Shown here in pieces: positions 40,532-50,546 of a stretch of 64,000 bases of DNA. Position 1 is the first letter of the stretch, and each line of letters opens with the position of its first letter. The translations under genes and the position numbers were made by a program. The notes under the pieces were generated by a model. The model saw nothing but the letters and a program-made list of their open reading frames with translations. It had not been told where the DNA came from and did not search any database. This DNA comes from Candidatus Poseidoniales archaeon (GTDB lineage Archaea; Thermoplasmatota; Poseidoniia; Poseidoniales; Poseidoniaceae), in assembly GCA_038144595.1 (NCBI GenBank), contig JAYQOB010000005.1, forward strand, positions 13,689-77,688. The letters are read 5' to 3'.

Positions 40532-41788
40532 TCAATGGGCAGTGAACGTCCCGCCCAGAACGGTGCCGGAGAATGGCGAACCGGACGGGCGGAGGCACAT
40601 CGCTTCCCAATGTGGGCCGTCGACGATGTTGAAATTGGCAACGGCACCTTCAGCAATGACTCCGTGCGCAAGCCCACTTGGATGCGGTGTTGTTTTCGCA
40701 GCAGATACCGTGACGGCCTCAATCGCTTTGAGCGGGTGCATGTTGCAACGTTGCACCATTAACGAACACATGAAGGGGAGGCTGAGTGTTTGGCAGTTTG
40801 GATTAAAATCGGTCGCCAGCGTAAACGGGAGATTCTGTTCGACCATCCATTGCATGTTCGGCCACGAATCGCCCATCGCGTAGGGCGTGCCCGGCAAGAA
40901 ACCGGTGTTGACCTCAGCCTGCTTCATTGCCAACCGCACGTCATTGGGTGTATGGTATGCATGGTCCGCCGTGTCAACCCCCAGTGAACACGCCAACTCC
41001 CCGCCACCGCCGTCCACGAATTCATCAACGTGCATGCGTAGGTTCAACCCTGATGATTTTGATGCTTTCAGAAGATCTTCGCTTTCCTCAATTCCAAACC
41101 AGCCCGGTTCGCAAAACACATCAGCCGAACGTGCAATCCCTTGTTCAACGACGGCGGGGAGCTGTTCGCTGAGCAAGGATTCAACATACTGCTCATGCGT
41201 GGATTCGGATGGCACATCATGAGCCCCCATCCAGGTCGGATCAATGCTCGGCGTGTGTTCGACCATGTTGAGCCGTGCCATCACCTCGAGCAGTTTCAAT
41301 TCGGATTCGGTTGAAAGTCCGTAGCCACTTTTCGCTTCCATGTGCGTAGTACCCGTCCGCAGAGCGCTTCGTAATCTGGCATAGCCCGATGAGAACAAGT
41401 CCTCTTCGGATGCCAAACGCGTATGCTGAACCGTTGACCTGATGCCGCCGCCCATGGATGCAATCTCACTGTACGTTTTGCCCTCCTGTCGCCATGCGAC
41501 TTCCTGGGATCGATCTCCGGACCATAACAAGTGCGTATGTCCATCGACGAGGCCGGGGACGACAGCCTGTCCGTTGAGGTCGTGGACACGGTTACCTTCG
41601 TGGGATGAATGTGCGCGATGGCCATGAAGGTCGAACTCGTCAATGATTTCCGCTGAAGACTCGATTGATGTTATGACATTATCTTCTACAATAATTGCCA
41701 TTCCAAAAGGAAGTGTTTGTTCTTCATCGCTTGAGCGGTTGGTGTCAAAGTGCACCATCCGGCCTGCATTGAGATAGATGGTCCGCAC
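40532..41788 (-). CDS. hutI: Imidazolonepropionase
   Basis: PGLVDGHTH, GGGIRSTV, EAKSGYGL, DVFCE, MHVDE, LATDFNP; GTG start inferred. Confidence 0.92.
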   Translation of the reverse strand: MRTIYLNAGRMVHFDTNRSSDEEQTLPFGMAIIVEDNVITSIESSAEIIDEFDLHGHRAHSSHEGNRVHDLNGQAVVPGLVDGHTHLLWSGDRSQEVAWRQEGKTYSEIASMGGGIRSTVQHTRLASEEDLFSSGYARLRSALRTGTTHMEAKSGYGLSTESELKLLEVMARLNMVEHTPSIDPTWMGAHDVPSESTHEQYVESLLSEQLPAVVEQGIARSADVFCEPGWFGIEESEDLLKASKSSGLNLRMHVDEFVDGGGGELACSLGVDTADHAYHTPNDVRLAMKQAEVNTGFLPGTPYAMGDSWPNMQWMVEQNLPFTLATDFNPNCQTLSLPFMCSLMVQRCNMHPLKAIEAVTVSAAKTTPHPSGLAHGVIAEGAVANFNIVDGPHWEAMCLRPSGSPFSGTVLGGTFTAH

Positions 41789-41839
41789 ATGCGATTTGAA
41801 GGGAAGAGGGTTGAAGAACAATCGGTTGGTGGACGAATC

Positions 41840-42847
41840 ATGGCAGGATGGACCCTTGGTATTGAAACAACGGCACACACCCTCTCGTTTGGCCTCGTCG
41901 ATCAACAGGGCATTCCTCATCCTGCTGCAAGCGATACACTCCGGCCTGATCAAGGTGGCATTCACCCACGAGAAGCCGCTGACCATCACAAGGACGTGGC
42001 TGCCATGTTGTTCCAGCGCGTTCTTGAGCAACACAACCTCACGACGGATGACATCAGCGCCGTTGCCTATTCCCAGGGGCCCGGGCTTGGTCCGTGTCTC
42101 CGGGTTGGTGCGGCCATTGCACGAGGGTTAGCAACGCGAATGGACGTGCCATTGATCGGCGTGAACCACTGCGTTGCTCACATCGAAATTGGACGCCAGC
42201 AATGTGGATGTGAAGACCCTGTCCTGCTCTATGTTTCCGGAGGGAACACCCAAGTGATTGCCCGACTTAACGGCCGATATCGAGTGCTTGGTGAAACGTT
42301 GGACATTGGCATTGGCAACATGCTCGACAAATTTGCTCGAAATCAGGGGATTCCGTTTCCCGGAGGGCCAAAAATTGAACAACTTGCCAACCAATACCTT
42401 GAGCGAGAACCAAATCCGGACATGGAGGGGCTGCAACTGCCCTATGCTGTTCGTGGCATGGATTTGGCCTTCTCCGGGTTGCTCACGGCAGCTCAACGAC
42501 TGGTCGACAACGGCGCGCCCTTGGACGCCGTTTGTTGGTCGCTGCAAGAACATGCATTTGCTTCCTGTGTTGAGGTTGCAGAGCGGGCGATGGCTCACAC
42601 CGGCAAGTCTGAATTGCTCCTCGGCGGCGGTGTTGCATGTAACCAACGTATTCGAACGATGTGCGAAGAAATGGCGAGTGACCGAGAGGGTTCCTCGCAC
42701 GCCCCACCACGCATGTACTGCATTGACAACGGGACGATGATCGCCCTGCTCGGATTCCTTGAACTCCAGAAGCGAACAACCTCGCTGGAACAAAGCGCCA
42801 TCGACCAATACCTGCGAACCGACCAAACGCCAATCGTCTGGTCCTAA
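41840..42847 (+). CDS. kae1: KEOPS t6A synthase Kae1 (stand-alone)
   Basis: LGIETTAHT, GGIHPREAADHH, GPGLGPCL, NHCVAHIEIG, VSGGNT, IDNGTMIA. Confidence 0.95.
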   Translation: MAGWTLGIETTAHTLSFGLVDQQGIPHPAASDTLRPDQGGIHPREAADHHKDVAAMLFQRVLEQHNLTTDDISAVAYSQGPGLGPCLRVGAAIARGLATRMDVPLIGVNHCVAHIEIGRQQCGCEDPVLLYVSGGNTQVIARLNGRYRVLGETLDIGIGNMLDKFARNQGIPFPGGPKIEQLANQYLEREPNPDMEGLQLPYAVRGMDLAFSGLLTAAQRLVDNGAPLDAVCWSLQEHAFASCVEVAERAMAHTGKSELLLGGGVACNQRIRTMCEEMASDREGSSHAPPRMYCIDNGTMIALLGFLELQKRTTSLEQSAIDQYLRTDQTPIVWS

Positions 42848-42875
42848 CCGGTTTTAGGGCATACGGTTTTAACAG

Positions 42876-43760
42876 GTGGTCGTCCGCCTTTCTTTGGGGG
42901 TCTTACCAATCAACGGACGTCGAGGTGGCAGGAAAGAGGAATTCAACCCCTTCGCCAAAGATGCCTCTCAGCAACACCGTCGCCGTCGCGATGAGCGTGA
43001 ACGGCAACACCCTCGACGACCAACGGCTCCCGCCGAACAACCCGCAGCCCCCAAGAAAGACATCAAAGCAGATCTCGAACGCAAGCAGCGAGAGGCCATA
43101 GAGAAGTTGGAGCAAAAAGGAGACGTTTCAGCGCCAGAAGTGGCGCCTGCGCCCGTTCCCGTGGCTCGAGAGTCACAACGAAAATCAGAAGAAAAACCGA
43201 TTGTTCTCTCGCATGAAGATCGGTTGGCCGAACTGCGGAGAAAGTCCGAGGCGACCAAGCAAAATGCGTCACGGATTGAGGCAGCACCCGAGCTAAAGGC
43301 CGCTGAGCCAGATACGGTGGTGGCAGAGGCAGCCGTGGCCGCTCAACCCTCAACCATGGAAATGCCCACTCAAGCCTCCGAGGCGCCCCAAACCGCTCCC
43401 GTCAAGCGGGCGAAGAATGTCTTCGCTCGCATTGAGACGACAGTCGCACCGAAACAAGACCGTCGCCGTGGCCGCCGTAGGATGGACAAAAAAGGAGGCG
43501 GCCGCCAAAAGCAAGAAAAGAAACTCAACCGTCAAAAGTACCTTGAGTACAAGTATGCGGCCAAAGACATTCTTGATAATCCCAATGTTCCAGAAGAACA
43601 CCGCTCAAACGTCCTCGGGCAAGTTTGGGCAAAAGGTGAGCGGCAAGGCATCGATGAGTGCCTTGAGTACATTGAATTGAAAGAAGAAGAATTGATTCTC
43701 CCAGCCGAGGTCGGCGAGCAATTGCGAGACCTTGTCAAGAGAATGACCACAAAGAGATGA
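42876..43760 (+). CDS. Hypothetical protein, low-complexity charged N-terminal part and compact helical C-terminal domain
   Basis: 294-aa ORF filling the gap between kae1 and slyD; start uncertain. Confidence 0.7.
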   Translation: MVVRLSLGVLPINGRRGGRKEEFNPFAKDASQQHRRRRDERERQHPRRPTAPAEQPAAPKKDIKADLERKQREAIEKLEQKGDVSAPEVAPAPVPVARESQRKSEEKPIVLSHEDRLAELRRKSEATKQNASRIEAAPELKAAEPDTVVAEAAVAAQPSTMEMPTQASEAPQTAPVKRAKNVFARIETTVAPKQDRRRGRRRMDKKGGGRQKQEKKLNRQKYLEYKYAAKDILDNPNVPEEHRSNVLGQVWAKGERQGIDECLEYIELKEEELILPAEVGEQLRDLVKRMTTKR

Positions 43761-43764
43761 TACC

Positions 43765-44274
43765 ATGACTGAACTGAAAATTGCAAACAACGTTGTCGCA
43801 CAAGTGCATTATACTGGAACACTGCCGGAGAGTGGTGAAGTCTTTGACTCAAGCGAAGGTCGAGATCCGTTGACTTTTTTGGTCGGCCATCGACAAATGA
43901 TTCCAGGATTTGAAGAAGAAATGATGGGGGCTGCAGTGGGTGAGCGCAGGGAGTTCACCTTGGAAGCTGAGCGCGCCTACGGTGATCGAGATGATGAAGC
44001 AGTGCTCCAAATCCCACGAGACAATTTCGCTCAACTGGAAGAAAGCACGGGCGAATCCTTGGAGGTTGGCATGCAATTGGTGGCACAAATGCCACATGGT
44101 CCAGCCCCGTTCCTGATTGTAGAACTGAGTGAAGAAACCGTCACGGCCGATTTCAATCATGCACTCGCAGGGAAGGCCTTGACCTTCTCCGTCGAAGTGG
44201 TCGATCTCCGTGAAGCGACGGAAGAAGAGGTCAGCCACGGCCACGCCCACGGTCCTGGCGGACACCACCATTGA
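43765..44274 (+). CDS. slyD: FKBP-type peptidyl-prolyl isomerase, SlyD-like
   Basis: VHYTGTL, FDSS, MIPGFE, AYG, DFNHALAGK, His-rich tail. Confidence 0.92.
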   Translation: MTELKIANNVVAQVHYTGTLPESGEVFDSSEGRDPLTFLVGHRQMIPGFEEEMMGAAVGERREFTLEAERAYGDRDDEAVLQIPRDNFAQLEESTGESLEVGMQLVAQMPHGPAPFLIVELSEETVTADFNHALAGKALTFSVEVVDLREATEEEVSHGHAHGPGGHHH

Positions 44275-44316
44275 TTCAAGGCGAGTCTTGATGAAGTGCC
44301 TCGCTGTGAGGAGGCC

Positions 44317-45901
44317 ATGGGCAAGGAACGAAAGTCAGATTGGCGCACCCTGTCCGGCCTGCCTTTGCCCATGACAAGTCAGCCAACTGATGCGTCGACG
44401 ACCTTGTCACAGCCCGGTGAGCCTCCGTACACGCGTGGCATTCACCCCACCATGTACCGCTCACGCCTGTGGACAATGCGACAATACGCTGGATTCTCCA
44501 GTGCTGAAGCAACCAATGAGCGTTTCAAACTCCTCCTCGAACGAGGCCAAATGGGCTTGTCTGTAGCGTTTGATTTGCCCACTCAACTCGGGCTCGATGC
44601 TGACGATGAATTGGCGTACGGCGAAGTCGGGAAAGTTGGCGTCTCCATCTGCTCTATTGAGGACATGAAGGTACTTTTTGACGGCATACCGTTGGCCAAC
44701 GTTAGCACGTCAATGACCATCAACGCACCCGCAATGGTTCTTCTCGCCATGTACATCGTGGCAGCCGAAGAACAAGGAGCCAGCATGAGCGACCTCAAAG
44801 GGACCATACAAAATGACATTCTGAAGGAGTACATCGCTCGAGGGACGTATGTGTTTCCACCGAAGGAGAGCATGCGTTTGATCACCGATATCTTCGAATA
44901 TTGTTCCACCAATGTTCCATCGTGGAACACCATCTCCATTTCTGGCTATCACATTCGTGAAGCCGGTTCAACGGCCGTCCAAGAATTGGCGTTTACCCTT
45001 GCCAACGCGCTTGGCCTACGTTGAAGCAGCAGTCTCCAAGGGGCTGGATATCGATGCTTTCGCACCACGTTTGTCGTTCTTTTTCAACTGCCACAATGAT
45101 TTCTTCGAAGAAATCGCGAAGTTCCGAGCGGCACGAACCCTTTGGCACGATCTCATCGACGAACGATATGCTCCATCAAACCCGAAATCGACCATGCTCC
45201 GCTTTCACACACAAGTTGCGGGCGTGAGTTTGACCGCCCAACAACCACTGAACAACGTATCACGCGTCACAATACAAGCACTTGCAGCCGTGTTAGGAGG
45301 GACACAAAGTCTTCACACGAACTCCTATGACGAAGCGCTCGGGCTGCCTACCGAAGCTTCGGCCACGGTGGCACTGAGAACCCAGCAAATCATTGCGGAG
45401 GAGTCGGGTGTTGCCGACACGGTTGACCCGATGGCCGGTTCGTGGCACGTTGAGCGTCTGACGAGAACCGTGTATGAAGAAGCAAAAACGTTGATTCATG
45501 AAATTGAGGCAAAAGGCGGCGCGCTCGCTGCCATTGAGGAGGGTTGGCAACAACAGGAAATCCACTTGTCTGCCTACCAATACCTGAACGAAATTGAACA
45601 AAACACAAGGAACATCGTTGGTGTCAACCACGGTGTCATGGAAGAATTGGAAGGGATCCCCGTGATGAAGACCGACCCGACCCTTGGTGAACGTCAAACC
45701 CAACGTCTTGCTGAGTTGCGGAGTACTCGAAATGGAGAGCTTGTAACAAATGCACTCGAGGCGGTTCGCACGGCAGCAAGTGGTGAAGCCAACCTTTTCC
45801 CTGCCGTTATTGAAGCTGTCCGGTGTCGTGCCACATTGGGCGAAATCATGAACGTGTTCAAGGATGAATTTGGCACCTACATGGCGCCAAGTGGATTTTG
45901 A
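44317..45901 (+). CDS. mcmA1: Methylmalonyl-CoA mutase, substrate-binding (large) subunit; frameshift at ~45012
   Basis: [47 protein letters not shown]; ANAL|AYVE across the shift; [14 protein letters not shown]; no B12 domain. Confidence 0.92.
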
Positions 45902-45910
45902 GGTGTTGAG

Positions 45911-46351
45911 ATGAAGTTCGGACCCATCCATTTGGACCACATCGGGATAGCAACCGATTCACTCGATGACAACAGTTCGTTTTGGACACTCATTGGACTG
46001 GTTCAAGGCGAGCATGATGAAACGGTGGTCGACCAGGGCGTCACAACACGTTTTTTCTCGACAACATCACCGTCTGTATCGGCACCAACGCCCAAAATTG
46101 AGTTGCTGGAACCGACCGGTGAGGACACACCCATCGGCCGTTTCCTTGCAAAGCGCGGGCCAGGCGTCCAACAGGTTTGTTTTGCTGTTGGTGATTTGGA
46201 AGGGCTCTTGCGTTATCTCGCAGACCATGGCGTTCGTCTGATTGACACCGAGCCTCGGCGTGGTGCTGGCGGCCACATGATCGCCTTTGTCCACCCTGCT
46301 TCAACCGGTGGAGTTCTCGTTGAATTGAGCCAAAGGCACCACGGGGATTGA
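45911..46351 (+). CDS. mce: Methylmalonyl-CoA epimerase
   Basis: LDHIGIA, QGVTT, IELLEP, FLAKRGPG, AFVHP...GGVLVEL; directly follows the mutase. Confidence 0.9.
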   Translation: MKFGPIHLDHIGIATDSLDDNSSFWTLIGLVQGEHDETVVDQGVTTRFFSTTSPSVSAPTPKIELLEPTGEDTPIGRFLAKRGPGVQQVCFAVGDLEGLLRYLADHGVRLIDTEPRRGAGGHMIAFVHPASTGGVLVELSQRHHGD

Positions 46352-46387
46352 TGCGAACACCTATAATCGTCCTCGTGCAATTCCTTC

Positions 46388-46696
46388 GTGATGAGAACCT
46401 GCGTTGACCAATTGCTCGCCCTTCCCCACATTGACGCACCGAGCCTCAAGGGCGAGGTCCACTACTTGGCTGGACGTCTTGAACAACTTCGAATGCAGCG
46501 TACCATCTCAAACGAAGCGTATTTGGATGCCGGTGCGATTCAGGGTGCCATTGAACTCGTCGCCAACATGATTGACATGGGCGTGCCGCAAACCGAAATT
46601 CAGGAACATTTGCGCTCGACGCTCCGCCGTGCTGACAGAATTGAAACCAAACATCCAGGTTTGAACTGGGCAGTGGAATCCGGTCGTGCGAGTTGA
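46388..46696 (+). CDS. Hypothetical protein
   Basis: Helical 102-aa ORF filling the gap in a co-directional run. Confidence 0.65.
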   Translation: MMRTCVDQLLALPHIDAPSLKGEVHYLAGRLEQLRMQRTISNEAYLDAGAIQGAIELVANMIDMGVPQTEIQEHLRSTLRRADRIETKHPGLNWAVESGRAS

Positions 46697-46703
46697 AGCC
46701 TCC

Positions 46704-47525
46704 ATGCCACCTACCCTGCTCTCTGTTGAGGGCGCCACCAAGCGGTTCGGTGACGTGATTGCGTTGCACGAAATTGACCTGCGTATCAACGAAGGGGACA
46801 TCATCGGGCTGGTTGGTTCAAACGGTGCCGGCAAAACAACGCTGCTCCGCCTCCTTTCTGGCGTGTACAGGCCCACGAGCGGCCGTGTGATGCTCAATGA
46901 TGGAGCCGATGTTGAGCAAGCACGGCAACGGTTGGGTGTCGTGCCGGAAAACACCGGACTCTATGCCAGGTTGACCGCTTGGGAGAACATCCGATACCAT
47001 GCGCGAATGCACGGTGTACAAGATGATGAGGCATGGCAGCGAACCCTCTACTTTGCTCACCATCTTGAGATGACAGAAGCGTTGGGTCGTCACACCAAAG
47101 GTTTCTCTCGTGGAATGCGACAAAAAACGGCCCTCTTGCGAGCCCTTGTCCATGCTCCCTCTGTGTTGCTGTTGGATGAACCAACGGCTGGATTGGACGT
47201 CACCAGTGCAAGAACCGTGAGAGAACTGGTCCGCCAGCTGGGTGAAGAAGGTGGAACCGTCATTTATTCCACTCACCAGCTCGCCGACGCGCAGCGAGTG
47301 TGCAATCGTATCGTCATCATTCACAACGGCGAGGTCAGGGCCGACGGCACCCCCGAGGCCTTGCTTGAACAAACAGGAACCCAGCATTTGGAGGAAGCCT
47401 ATGTCTCCTTGACGGGTGATGCTGCGCGTTCGCGAAACGAAGACGACAAACCACTCTCCAAATGGTCATCGTGGTGGCGGGCGTTGTTCACGCCAAAGAC
47501 TCCTGGAGGTGGCGAAGATGAGTAG
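46704..47525 (+). CDS. ABC exporter ATP-binding subunit (NatA-like)
   Basis: GSNGAGKT, FSRGMRQK, LLLDEPT, STH. Confidence 0.9.
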   Translation: MPPTLLSVEGATKRFGDVIALHEIDLRINEGDIIGLVGSNGAGKTTLLRLLSGVYRPTSGRVMLNDGADVEQARQRLGVVPENTGLYARLTAWENIRYHARMHGVQDDEAWQRTLYFAHHLEMTEALGRHTKGFSRGMRQKTALLRALVHAPSVLLLDEPTAGLDVTSARTVRELVRQLGEEGGTVIYSTHQLADAQRVCNRIVIIHNGEVRADGTPEALLEQTGTQHLEEAYVSLTGDAARSRNEDDKPLSKWSSWWRALFTPKTPGGGEDE

Positions 47526-48735
47526 CACCACGCAAAGGGTTCGCACCATCGCCAAAAAAGAACTCGTGGAATTTATCCGTGACTGGAGGACGATCGTCGC
47601 CATTCTTGTGATCCCGCTGCTCATGTTCCCCGTCCTCTTCATCCTCTTTCCGTTGCTCCTCGCATCAGAGGCTGCGGAACTTGACGCCATGACTGTGGAC
47701 GTGGTGGTACAAGGAGAGGGTGTCCCGGAGGATTTGGTCGGCTTGCTCGAACAGTCAAGCATCACACCCTCCTACGAACCGCTGCCGGCAATTGAGAACC
47801 TCTCAACGCCCATGGACGACCAAGAACGTTTGAGAAACGGCTCGGTTGATGCCATTCTTCGGTTACGAACCAACGGGACCGTTCTCGAATACGCCGTTCT
47901 CTATCTATCCACATCTGAGCAAAGCCTTGAGGCGAGGAGTCGGACCTTTGACGCCCTCAGCACCTGGGAACAGAACGAGACAGAGCGACGAATTGTGGCG
48001 GCTGGATTGGACGCCAACGAAACCCTTGACCCACTCCGTTGGAGCGGGGATGTCGCCCAAAGTGACGCCGCAACACAAGGCGAACAAGCCGGTATGGCCC
48101 TCTCCTTGTTCATACCCTTGGTTCTGGCTGTTTGGACCTTCTCGTCCGCCATCCAGCCATCCATTGACATGACGGCGGGAGAGCGTGAACGCGGTACGCT
48201 TGAGGCGCTTCTGGGTCTTCCTTGTTCTCGGATGGAGTTGCTGATGGGCAAATGGTTGGCGGTCGCCACCATCACGGGGGCAGGGGTTCTACTCCAAATC
48301 GCAGGGTTACTGTTTGCCATCGGCTACCTCGCCTCCTCTGACCTGATCTCGACACCGAGCATCTCCCTGACGGCCCTGATGTTCCTCTGTTTGGCTGTCC
48401 TGCTCTTTGCCGTCATGGTGGTTGCGTTCGAACTGGCGTTAGCGATGCGGTCGCACAGCGTCAAAGAAGCCGGTTCCATTCTGGGTCCTGCAGTCCTCAT
48501 CATCCTCTTCCCGGCCCTGTTTACACAGGTCATCAACCTTGATGGCATTGAATCGTTCTGGTTTGCGATACCGGTCGTGAACGTGTTGTTGGCGCTCCGT
48601 GAATTGCTCATGAACCGCGTCGTTTACGGCCACGTCGCTGTTTGGCTTGTTTCTTCGACGATGTACGCTTTGGGTGCGGCCTATTACGCTGCTCGCCAGT
48701 TTAAGCGAGAAGATATTGTCTCGAGTCTCTCTTAA
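47518..48735 (+). CDS. ABC-2 exporter permease (NatB-like)
   Basis: KKELVEFIRDWRT, AGERERGTLEALL, GKWLAV, multiple TM. Confidence 0.88.
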   Translation: MSSTTQRVRTIAKKELVEFIRDWRTIVAILVIPLLMFPVLFILFPLLLASEAAELDAMTVDVVVQGEGVPEDLVGLLEQSSITPSYEPLPAIENLSTPMDDQERLRNGSVDAILRLRTNGTVLEYAVLYLSTSEQSLEARSRTFDALSTWEQNETERRIVAAGLDANETLDPLRWSGDVAQSDAATQGEQAGMALSLFIPLVLAVWTFSSAIQPSIDMTAGERERGTLEALLGLPCSRMELLMGKWLAVATITGAGVLLQIAGLLFAIGYLASSDLISTPSISLTALMFLCLAVLLFAVMVVAFELALAMRSHSVKEAGSILGPAVLIILFPALFTQVINLDGIESFWFAIPVVNVLLALRELLMNRVVYGHVAVWLVSSTMYALGAAYYAARQFKREDIVSSLS

Positions 48736-50231
48736 GCGCCGAATGCAATGAGGGACTCCCGAACGATGTCAACAATCAAGTCGATTTCCTTTGATGTGAT
48801 GTTGAAGTGCGGTGTGAATCGGAGCGCGTTGACACCGCCGTGGATCACGCCAAGGCCGCGTCGGCGACACCACGGTTCAACCGCTTCCATGCCGACGACA
48901 GGGAACTGCGTTGGCTCCAATTCAGCACTGCACAGCAAACCTGTGCCCTGTACCTTCGTGATCACATGGGGGAATTCTTCCTGCAGTTTCGTGAACTTTT
49001 CAACAAACTCGACGCCACGTTCGCGAATGTTTGTTCGCAGTTCGGGCGTGATACCGTCGAGCACAGCCACGGCGGTCTCAAGTGCACGAGGATTGGTGGT
49101 CATGGTGTTGCCATAAATTCCAGTGACGTACATGTCGGAGGCACGCTTGTTCATGCCAAGCACTGAAAGTGGGTATTGGCCGGCGTTCATGGCTTTTGAC
49201 CATGTCTCGAGGTCGGGCGCCTCACAGTCGGCAAACCCTTCGTAGTCGACCACGGACAGGGTGCCTTGGCCACGGATACCTGCCTGAATGGAATCGACCA
49301 GGAGCATGCTGTCGTGCTCGAGCGTGAGGCGTCGGGCGGCGTCGTAGAATTCCCTTGACACACATTGCCCGGGGTTGCCTTCACCTTGAACGGGTTCAAT
49401 GGCCATCAGTTCAATGAAGACGTTGTTGGCTGCTGCATCGTTGAACGCTTGTTCCAGGGCATCAACATCATTCGCAGGAACGAGGACAAGGTTGTCACGA
49501 TTTTGGAAGGTGGCCAGGTGCTTGTCGTACTTTCCTTTGCATGAATGCGACATCTGGGCTGGACGGTCCGTCCGGCCGTGGAATCCTTGCTCAACCGCCA
49601 TCATTTTGATCGTCTTCCCTTCGTGTTTCCCACCAGGTTGTGTCATGAGGTTGGCATTGACATCAGCGATTCTGAGGCTGACCGTGACCGATTCAGATCC
49701 GCTGTTCATGCAAATGAATTTTTCAAACGGACACCATCCGCGGGTGTGCCCCAATTCCTTTCGAAGGCGCTCGTCAAGACGCTTTTGAGAAAATGAAGCG
49801 GTCATGACGTTGGCCATGACCCAGTTGTCCGACATGGACTCAATGACCTGGTCGGGGCCGTGACCTGCTCCAAGCATGCCATAGCCGCCATTGTCGTGGA
49901 CAACAGCCCCGTGAGAGGTGACGATCCATGGACCTCGTGCGGCGAGGGCGACGTAGGGGTTGACCGTGGCTGGATTGTAGAAATTCACGAAGCCATCTTG
50001 GAGTTCGGTGATCAATGTTCGCTCGTCCGAACCAGCATAGAGGTTTGGATAATCGGCGAGCATAGCCTGGTGCCTCACATAGGCTTCTTCGATCGCCCGG
50101 CCAAGAGTCTCATCGGATTCAGTGAATGAAAGGATTTCTCGATCGGCAAGCCCTGGCGTATCAATCTCGCCCACAAGTGAGCGAATCTCATGGAGCAACG
50201 CCAACGGCCGAGGAACGGCACTTGTCTGCAT
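48732..50231 (-). CDS. lat: Class III aminotransferase, L-lysine 6-aminotransferase of the Flavobacterium lutescens type
   Basis: QDGFVNFY, ALAARGPW, GGYGMLG, GHTRGWCPF, FHGRTDRPA, DSIQAG, WSKAMN (PLP Lys), YGNTMTTNPRAL; matches the recalled Lat sequence. Confidence 0.75.
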   Translation of the reverse strand: MQTSAVPRPLALLHEIRSLVGEIDTPGLADREILSFTESDETLGRAIEEAYVRHQAMLADYPNLYAGSDERTLITELQDGFVNFYNPATVNPYVALAARGPWIVTSHGAVVHDNGGYGMLGAGHGPDQVIESMSDNWVMANVMTASFSQKRLDERLRKELGHTRGWCPFEKFICMNSGSESVTVSLRIADVNANLMTQPGGKHEGKTIKMMAVEQGFHGRTDRPAQMSHSCKGKYDKHLATFQNRDNLVLVPANDVDALEQAFNDAAANNVFIELMAIEPVQGEGNPGQCVSREFYDAARRLTLEHDSMLLVDSIQAGIRGQGTLSVVDYEGFADCEAPDLETWSKAMNAGQYPLSVLGMNKRASDMYVTGIYGNTMTTNPRALETAVAVLDGITPELRTNIRERGVEFVEKFTKLQEEFPHVITKVQGTGLLCSAELEPTQFPVVGMEAVEPWCRRRGLGVIHGGVNALRFTPHFNITSKEIDLIVDIVRESLIAFGA

Positions 50232-50319
50232 GATTGATTATCTCCCAAGGTATCCTTTGAACATTGGCCTGTCGGGGCGATTGCGTGGTCCGTTTCGCCT
50301 TTCGTTTTAGGTAGGAAAG

Positions 50320-50346
50320 AATACCATGGTATTACCATGCTATTAC
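50320..50346 (+). promoter_or_regulatory. Putative RHH operator: palindrome plus 11-bp tandem repeats
   Basis: AATACCATGGTATT perfect palindrome at 50320-50333; TACCATGGTAT/TACCATGCTAT/TAC in tandem; ends 26 nt upstream of the RHH start. Confidence 0.55.
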
Positions 50347-50372
50347 AAATAGGTGGGGATGAAGGACACACC

Positions 50373-50546
50373 ATGCCGAAGGTGTCCTTGGACATGCCAC
50401 AAGAACTGGTGAATGATTTGAAAATCCACGTGGGGGATGAAAAGAAATTTGTCAGTCTCGCCGACGCGATCCGCACCGCATGCAGGAAACTGCTTGACCA
50501 GTTGGATTCCATTGACCTGATGCACGGCAGGAGGGATCTCCAATGA
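50373..50546 (+). CDS. Ribbon-helix-helix (CopG/MetJ-like) regulator
   Basis: MPKVSLDMP beta ribbon...FVSLADAIRTACRKLL; 4-nt overlap with folE. Confidence 0.8.
   Translation: MPKVSLDMPQELVNDLKIHVGDEKKFVSLADAIRTACRKLLDQLDSIDLMHGRRDLQ

Noticed and set aside
39520-40535. AT-rich patch beside a tRNA as an integrated element
   Set aside because: No integrase or transposase and no duplicated tRNA 3' end seen; it contains only small genes and intergenic DNA.
41840-42847. Kae1 unfused from Bud32 as a novelty
   Set aside because: Stand-alone Kae1 is common in archaea.
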